Source of the DNA: a virus
DNA: 64,000 nucleotides
IMG/VR virus record: IMGVR_UViG_3300008516_000114
Span: 25,684 to 89,683 of that record
Direction: 5' to 3' (one strand)
The notes under the pieces are model-generated. The model saw nothing but the letters and a program-made list of their open reading frames with translations, made no database searches and had not been told where the DNA came from. The position numbers and the translations under genes are program-made. This document shows positions 59,095-64,000 of the stretch, piece by piece; position 1 is the first letter of the stretch; every line of letters begins with the position of its first letter.

Positions 59095-61133
59095 TTAAGC
59101 GAATTTATATGAAGAACATAAGGAATGTTGAGGGTGAATTATGGGAAGATTTAACAGGATTAGATATTTATAATGGTGAATTAGGATCGGGGAAATCTAC
59201 CCGGTTAGATTCCATATACCTGACTATACTCGGATACATACCTAATATGGGAAAGGACTGTGCAACGTCATTTTTAAACAGCAACAGTAATACAGAGATG
59301 GCGGTAGGTATAGTAAAAGATTGTATTTCATATATAAGAACCTTTGAGAAATCTGAAGATAATCGTATAAGTCAAAAGATATCTATTGGTGCTGATGAAC
59401 ACAAATTATCCGAAGGTAATGAATTAATCTCAAAAGAGTTTGGTGAGGATATTTTTGTATTCAATCTGAAAGAGTTTCTGGATTTATCCGATGATAAGAA
59501 AAAGGAATTTATTTTTAATTTAGGCACAAAAGGTATGGGAGAAAAAGATATTTATAGAGAATTTGTAGATAAATACTGTCGTAGAATAACCAATGAAGGT
59601 GAAGTCGATGGATTACTGAAATTCAAGTACCAGGTAAAATCCTTTAGTGATCTTACAAAAGAGCAGACAAAGGAAGCCACTACTATATTATTCAATACAC
59701 TGGATGATGAAAAGAAAATGATATGTAATGAAACCCTTGCAAAATTCGTTAAAATATATCTCAAATGTGCACACGATACTCAAGGATTACTGAATGAAGC
59801 CCTTGCATATTTTAGTAATGATAAGAAGATACAAATGCGAATAAAGAGAGATGCAGAGGCAGCTAATCGTGAATACCAAAGAATGAAAACTATGCTCGAT
59901 GTTGATTCGAGTTTGGTGGAAATCGAAAAGGAAGTCAAGCAGACACAGGATTCTATTACTGAAGTCAAGATCAAGATTGCTAATAATGATAAAAATAAAG
60001 AAATAATAGAACATCACCAGCAGCAAACAAGCCGAATAATGAAAATTCTTGCTACTTTGGCAGAGGATAATATCAAAGAATGGCGTGAGGAATTAACGAA
60101 TGTTGATAAGAATATAGAAGATATTACTGACAAAAAGGAAAAACTGGAGTTGTCCATAGATGACTATAAGAAAATAGAAACAGAAATTGAATCTTACCAA
60201 ATCGCTATTAAGAAGGCAAAGAATGTCTCAAAAAATAAGGTTTGTGTAATATCGGATCAACTACCATGCACTACCGACTTGAAGCCAGCATTAGAGAATT
60301 TAGCTGATTTGATTGAAGAGAGAAATAGGGAATTAGATAAAATCGAGAGTAATATAAATGATATCAAAGATTCACTTAAAGAGAATTATCCCAATATTAA
60401 ATTCCCCTTAAAGCCTTATTTGAATGAGATTTCCAAATGGCGAAATGAACTAAACGAGAAGATTTCTATGCATACAAAACAGGTTGAACTTTACACGCAG
60501 GAAAAGAAGGATTTAGATAAAATCAATCTGAGCACATTCAATGTTGTAGATGATATGGTATATCAAAAGCAATTAGATGGTTTGTTGCAACACCAGGCAG
60601 TATTAAATGATAAGCAAAAGGAAACACAGGCGTTGAAAGAGAAAATGATCTCTATTCAATCAGCTTCATTATCGAAGTTAATGGCACAACAGAGAGTAGA
60701 TTTTGATAAGAAGGCTATTGATTCTATTAAGGAAATTATCAATGATATGCTTTCGCAATCCATCGAACCAATTAAAGAGATTGTGAATAAACTACTCAGT
60801 GGCATAAAAAAGGATTTTGTTTTCGATATGTATCTCGATGAAAAGGATCACCTGTTATTTGGTTGGCAGAGAGAGAAAGGATTTTCGCCCTTCAATAGTT
60901 TATCCGGAGGTGAAACGATTTTATTCTCTATTGCATTGATAGCGGCATTGATTATCAAGCGTGAGCCGAAATTGAAGATATTATGTATCAAAGCAGCAGA
61001 GGTTAGTATTTTATATTTCAAGTTAATGCTTGCCGGTTTGAAAGCGATGAAATCTAATCTTGATAATATACTTGTGGAATATCCGCATGAGTTACCAGAG
61101 AATATCGAGGGATGGAATATTATAAGACTTTAG
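59091..61133 (+). CDS. SMC/Rad50-like coiled-coil ATPase
   Basis: Walker A GELGSGKS, long coiled coil with central Cys pair, LSGGE signature. Confidence 0.88.
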   Translation: MIKRIYMKNIRNVEGELWEDLTGLDIYNGELGSGKSTRLDSIYLTILGYIPNMGKDCATSFLNSNSNTEMAVGIVKDCISYIRTFEKSEDNRISQKISIGADEHKLSEGNELISKEFGEDIFVFNLKEFLDLSDDKKKEFIFNLGTKGMGEKDIYREFVDKYCRRITNEGEVDGLLKFKYQVKSFSDLTKEQTKEATTILFNTLDDEKKMICNETLAKFVKIYLKCAHDTQGLLNEALAYFSNDKKIQMRIKRDAEAANREYQRMKTMLDVDSSLVEIEKEVKQTQDSITEVKIKIANNDKNKEIIEHHQQQTSRIMKILATLAEDNIKEWREELTNVDKNIEDITDKKEKLELSIDDYKKIETEIESYQIAIKKAKNVSKNKVCVISDQLPCTTDLKPALENLADLIEERNRELDKIESNINDIKDSLKENYPNIKFPLKPYLNEISKWRNELNEKISMHTKQVELYTQEKKDLDKINLSTFNVVDDMVYQKQLDGLLQHQAVLNDKQKETQALKEKMISIQSASLSKLMAQQRVDFDKKAIDSIKEIINDMLSQSIEPIKEIVNKLLSGIKKDFVFDMYLDEKDHLLFGWQREKGFSPFNSLSGGETILFSIALIAALIIKREPKLKILCIKAAEVSILYFKLMLAGLKAMKSNLDNILVEYPHELPENIEGWNIIRL

Positions 61134-61168
61134 AATTGTTAATTATGAATTATTAATTTTTAATTGAA
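61134..61168. repeat. Five-unit AATTNNN heptad array, copy 3
   Basis: AATT at 61134, 61141, 61148, 61155, 61162. Confidence 0.85.
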
Positions 61169-61179
61169 AGGAAATTGAA

Positions 61180-61392
61180 ATGAAAAAAGATATATGTGGA
61201 TTTGGTAAAGATGTGTGGGAATGGGTAAAAGAACAAGGTGGAGACATATTTGAACACGAAGATAGTGAAGTAATTATGGAAATTGCCGAAAAGCACGGAT
61301 TGGCTAAACGAGTAATTTATGATCCAGAAAAACATGGAGACATTTCTATGGCTGATCCTGGTGAGGAGATTTGGTGGTTTGGTGATGACTAA
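61180..61392 (+). CDS. Hypothetical protein
   Basis: YDPEKHG...PGEEIWW motif; AAAGGA RBS. Confidence 0.7.
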   Translation: MKKDICGFGKDVWEWVKEQGGDIFEHEDSEVIMEIAEKHGLAKRVIYDPEKHGDISMADPGEEIWWFGDD

Positions 61393-61429
61393 TCGTATAC
61401 AAGCTGAGGCAAATCAAGAGGGTGGTTAA

Positions 61430-61837
61430 ATGAGATTCAAATTCACAATACCTGGAATATTATTTGGGAAGAAAGTAAATCCTGTACCATATACTCGTAC
61501 TACTCAACGGCAGATGTGGGTAGATAAGAATTATAAACGGTATCAATGTTGGAAAGGGGTTGTAAGTGGTGCGTTTCTGGCTTTCTTGAAAGAAAATAAT
61601 ATAGATAATAAACCCTATTTAAAGAATTGGTTGCAATTCAAAAAACCAATTAACCCTATTAAAAAATTCCGTATGGACATTATGATTTACTTTAAAGATA
61701 AAAAACACGCCGATAGCGATAATGTATATAAGGGAATTTCGGATTCTTTATTCATAAACGATAAATATATATCAGGTTCTATGGATTTTGATTACGACAA
61801 AGAGAATCCGAGAGTAGAGGTAGAGATAGAGATATGA
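61430..61837 (+). CDS. rusA: RusA-family Holliday junction resolvase
   Basis: DSDNVYKGISDSL..ND and NPRVEVEI. Confidence 0.88.
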   Translation: MRFKFTIPGILFGKKVNPVPYTRTTQRQMWVDKNYKRYQCWKGVVSGAFLAFLKENNIDNKPYLKNWLQFKKPINPIKKFRMDIMIYFKDKKHADSDNVYKGISDSLFINDKYISGSMDFDYDKENPRVEVEIEI

Positions 61838-61870
61838 TTGCCAATTGTTAATTTTTAATTATTAATTAAA
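61836..61870. repeat. Five-unit AATTNNN heptad array, copy 4
   Basis: GATT at 61836, then AATT at 61843, 61850, 61857, 61864. Confidence 0.8.
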
Positions 61871-61891
61871 AGACTAAGAGGTGAAGAAATA

Positions 61892-62326
61892 ATGAAACAA
61901 AAAATCATAAAATTAAATGAACGGCAATTAGAAATTGTTGCTGAAGCACTTGAATTTTATTCAAGATTTATGGCAGGACAAGTTGATGCTTTCCCATCTT
62001 CATTGGAAAATTATATGTGGAATGAAAAAAATATAAGCAGTTTCGATGAAATTATTCAAGATGCTTGTATGACATTGAAAAAATATATCTGGGGACTGGA
62101 ACGCAATATGATAAATAAAGGCATAGGATGGGGTAAAATACCTGAAATACAGATTGCTTACGAGATGTATAAATTGATGTACAAGCATTTCAGAGATGAA
62201 TATAAAAAGAAACATCCAGATGATACAAGCTGGACGGTAGATGATTCCGAACCACTTAAATCTAGTAAAGAAACTTTTATTACAGTGGAAGATGATAATG
62301 AAAAACAAGGAATCAAGAAATGTTAG
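61892..62326 (+). CDS. Hypothetical protein
   Basis: ALEFYSRFMAGQ motif; GAGGTG RBS. Confidence 0.7.
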   Translation: MKQKIIKLNERQLEIVAEALEFYSRFMAGQVDAFPSSLENYMWNEKNISSFDEIIQDACMTLKKYIWGLERNMINKGIGWGKIPEIQIAYEMYKLMYKHFRDEYKKKHPDDTSWTVDDSEPLKSSKETFITVEDDNEKQGIKKC

Positions 62327-62838
62327 GATCAAAAAGACATAACGAATTGACAAATAGAACACGTGGCTGGTTTAGATCTAGAGCCACACATCGTGGGATT
62401 CGTTGGGGGTCGGAAATATATTTGACATCTGAATATGTTGCAGATGCAATTGCACTTGGGTCATTCCAGTGGCGTTATATGACAGATTACTGCAAGAATT
62501 CTGGCAAAATCATCCGGACAAATCTAACCGAATTCCATAAAGAAGACTTTGAGAAAGATTTAGTGGATGGTTATTGGTTATGTGTTTTTGAATCAAAAAT
62601 AAGCAGGTCAGATTTCCTACAAACATTCAAAAAAAATGCTGGTAATAGATTGATACCAAAAGCAAATATGCACTGGTTGGTAACTCCAAAAACTTTAATA
62701 AAAGTGGATGAATTGCCGAAATTCTGGGGCTTATTAGAAATGTCTGGTCGAGGATTGTGCGAAGTACGCAAACCACAGATTTGTGACATATCAGATGAAT
62801 ATAGAAATGAGATTGCACATAATATGTTATGGAAATAG
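62320..62838 (+). CDS. PD-(D/E)xK nuclease-like protein (MmcB-like)
   Basis: ADAIA...FESKISRSDF...ELPKFWGLL. Confidence 0.75.
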   Translation: MLGSKRHNELTNRTRGWFRSRATHRGIRWGSEIYLTSEYVADAIALGSFQWRYMTDYCKNSGKIIRTNLTEFHKEDFEKDLVDGYWLCVFESKISRSDFLQTFKKNAGNRLIPKANMHWLVTPKTLIKVDELPKFWGLLEMSGRGLCEVRKPQICDISDEYRNEIAHNMLWK

Positions 62839-62845
62839 GGATAAA

Positions 62846-63118
62846 ATGGAAAATATTATCGAAGAAATAAAAGAAGAACGTAAAAGGCAGGATAGAATAT
62901 GGGGTGAACAGAACCACCATCCTGAAAGATGGCTTCGTATTTTAATGGAAGAAGTAGGTGAAGCAAGCGAAGCAAGTCTTGAAGCATACCCAGTTAAAGA
63001 ACAAATAAGGGATAGATTGTTTTGGTTGAAAAAATATCGAACGGAATTAACACACGTTGCTGCTGTTGCTATAGCAGCTATTGAATGTTTTGATAGAGAA
63101 GATAACAATGACAAATAA
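62846..63118 (+). CDS. MazG-like NTP pyrophosphohydrolase
   Basis: RQD..WGEQ, LMEEVGE, EL..VAAVA. Confidence 0.85.
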   Translation: MENIIEEIKEERKRQDRIWGEQNHHPERWLRILMEEVGEASEASLEAYPVKEQIRDRLFWLKKYRTELTHVAAVAIAAIECFDREDNNDK

Positions 63119-63443
63119 ATATCAATTCAGAGAACTTCTGGAACATGCCAAACAGGTTATTGGTAATTTAGATAACGGTGAAGATTATTTGGATTTCATA
63201 AGGTCGTTACCATGTATGATTTTGGGTGGTCGTTCCGATCCGCACCATGTAAAAAGCAGGGGTGCCGGTGGGAGTGATTTTTTGTGTATTCCGTTAAGCC
63301 GAAAATATCACACGGAGATAGAGGTTATTGGAATCGGAAGGTTTGAGAAAAAACATGGGATTGATATTACAAAAACAATTAAAACATTACATAAGATTTA
63401 TAAGGAGCAGAAAGATAAAGGAGAATTATGGAAATCGGGCTAA
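63108..63443 (+). CDS. HNH-like protein (DUF968-like)
   Basis: YLDFIRSLPC, DPHHV, IPLSRKYH. Confidence 0.75.
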   Translation: MTNKYQFRELLEHAKQVIGNLDNGEDYLDFIRSLPCMILGGRSDPHHVKSRGAGGSDFLCIPLSRKYHTEIEVIGIGRFEKKHGIDITKTIKTLHKIYKEQKDKGELWKSG

Positions 63444-64000
63444 TAGATGTAGATTCTAAAATTACAAATTTAGCTCTTATGAAATTATCTGCTTGGCATA
63501 AACAGCAAGGAGATAGAGTAGAATTTTATTTTCAATTTAGCCATAATAAATATGATAAAATTTATGCAAGTAAAATATTTACTGATACTCCAGATTATCA
63601 ATATTGTTATAATGATATTATTAAAGGTGGTTCTGGATATGATCTAACTACCAATCTTCCTTTGGAAATTGAGAATATTTACCCCGATTATTCATTATAT
63701 AACTGTAATTATGCGATGGGATTTACGACAAGGGGCTGTATTAGAAATTGCCCTTTTTGTATAGTACCAAAAAAAGAGGGTAAAATAAAAATAGTTGCAG
63801 ATATTTATTATTTCTGGAATGGACAAGATAAAATAATGTTATTAGATAATAATATTTTAGCATTACCAGAACACTTTGAAAAGATTTGCAAGCAATTGAT
63901 AAAGGAAAAAATAAAAGTAGATTTTAATCAAGGTTTAGATATTCGCTTAATAGATGATGATAAAGCAAAATTACTTTCAAAGATAAAGATATGGAAACAA
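63428..64000 (+). CDS. Radical SAM protein (truncated by window end; not in ORF track)
   Basis: MEIGLIDVDSK..NLALMKLSAWHK...TTRGCIRNCPFC (CxxxCxxC). Confidence 0.92.
   Translation, partial: MEIGLIDVDSKITNLALMKLSAWHKQQGDRVEFYFQFSHNKYDKIYASKIFTDTPDYQYCYNDIIKGGSGYDLTTNLPLEIENIYPDYSLYNCNYAMGFTTRGCIRNCPFCIVPKKEGKIKIVADIYYFWNGQDKIMLLDNNILALPEHFEKICKQLIKEKIKVDFNQGLDIRLIDDDKAKLLSKIKIWKQ

Larger units (their letters stand above)
1..64000. mobile_element. Temperate tailed bacteriophage genome segment (siphovirus-like)
   Basis: Capsid-neck-tail-tape measure gene order, lysis genes, recombinases and dense small early ORFs. No sheath or baseplate genes and no host housekeeping genes recognised. Confidence 0.95.

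Noticed and set aside
1-64000. Stop-codon reassignment
   Set aside because: Long genes are intact under the standard code, all three stops terminate genes, and no suppressor tRNA was seen.

Overview
The whole window is AT-rich tailed-phage DNA with a siphovirus-like layout and no recognisable host chromosome. From left to right it holds: two glycosyltransferases and a Mor-like regulator; a head module (protease/scaffold, decoration protein, major capsid, spike/fibre proteins); lysis genes; neck and tail genes with a frameshifted tail chaperone, a 1315-aa tape measure and very large tail-tip proteins; a moron and antirepressor region; a leftward early region (tyrosine recombinase, beta clamp, many small ORFs); a control region (sigma-like factor, tRNA-Gly, large serine recombinase, probable repressor); and a rightward early/middle region (DNA methyltransferase, SMC-like ATPase, RusA, MazG-like, HNH-like, radical SAM). 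Terminase and portal are not in the window. Four signals stand out. (1) A nested gene-splitting arrangement in the tail: an FN3 domain is cut in two by a 3.1-kb fibre cassette, and the fibre gene appears itself cut by a glycosyltransferase-methyltransferase gene. (2) Two related tRNA-like RNAs have an extended acceptor stem plus a T-arm, with a possible third. (3) There is a complete c4-type antisense RNA/antirepressor switch with both target sites. (4) A five-unit AATTNNN heptad element sits right after stop codons at four distant loci. All calls come from motif recognition by eye; no database search was run.
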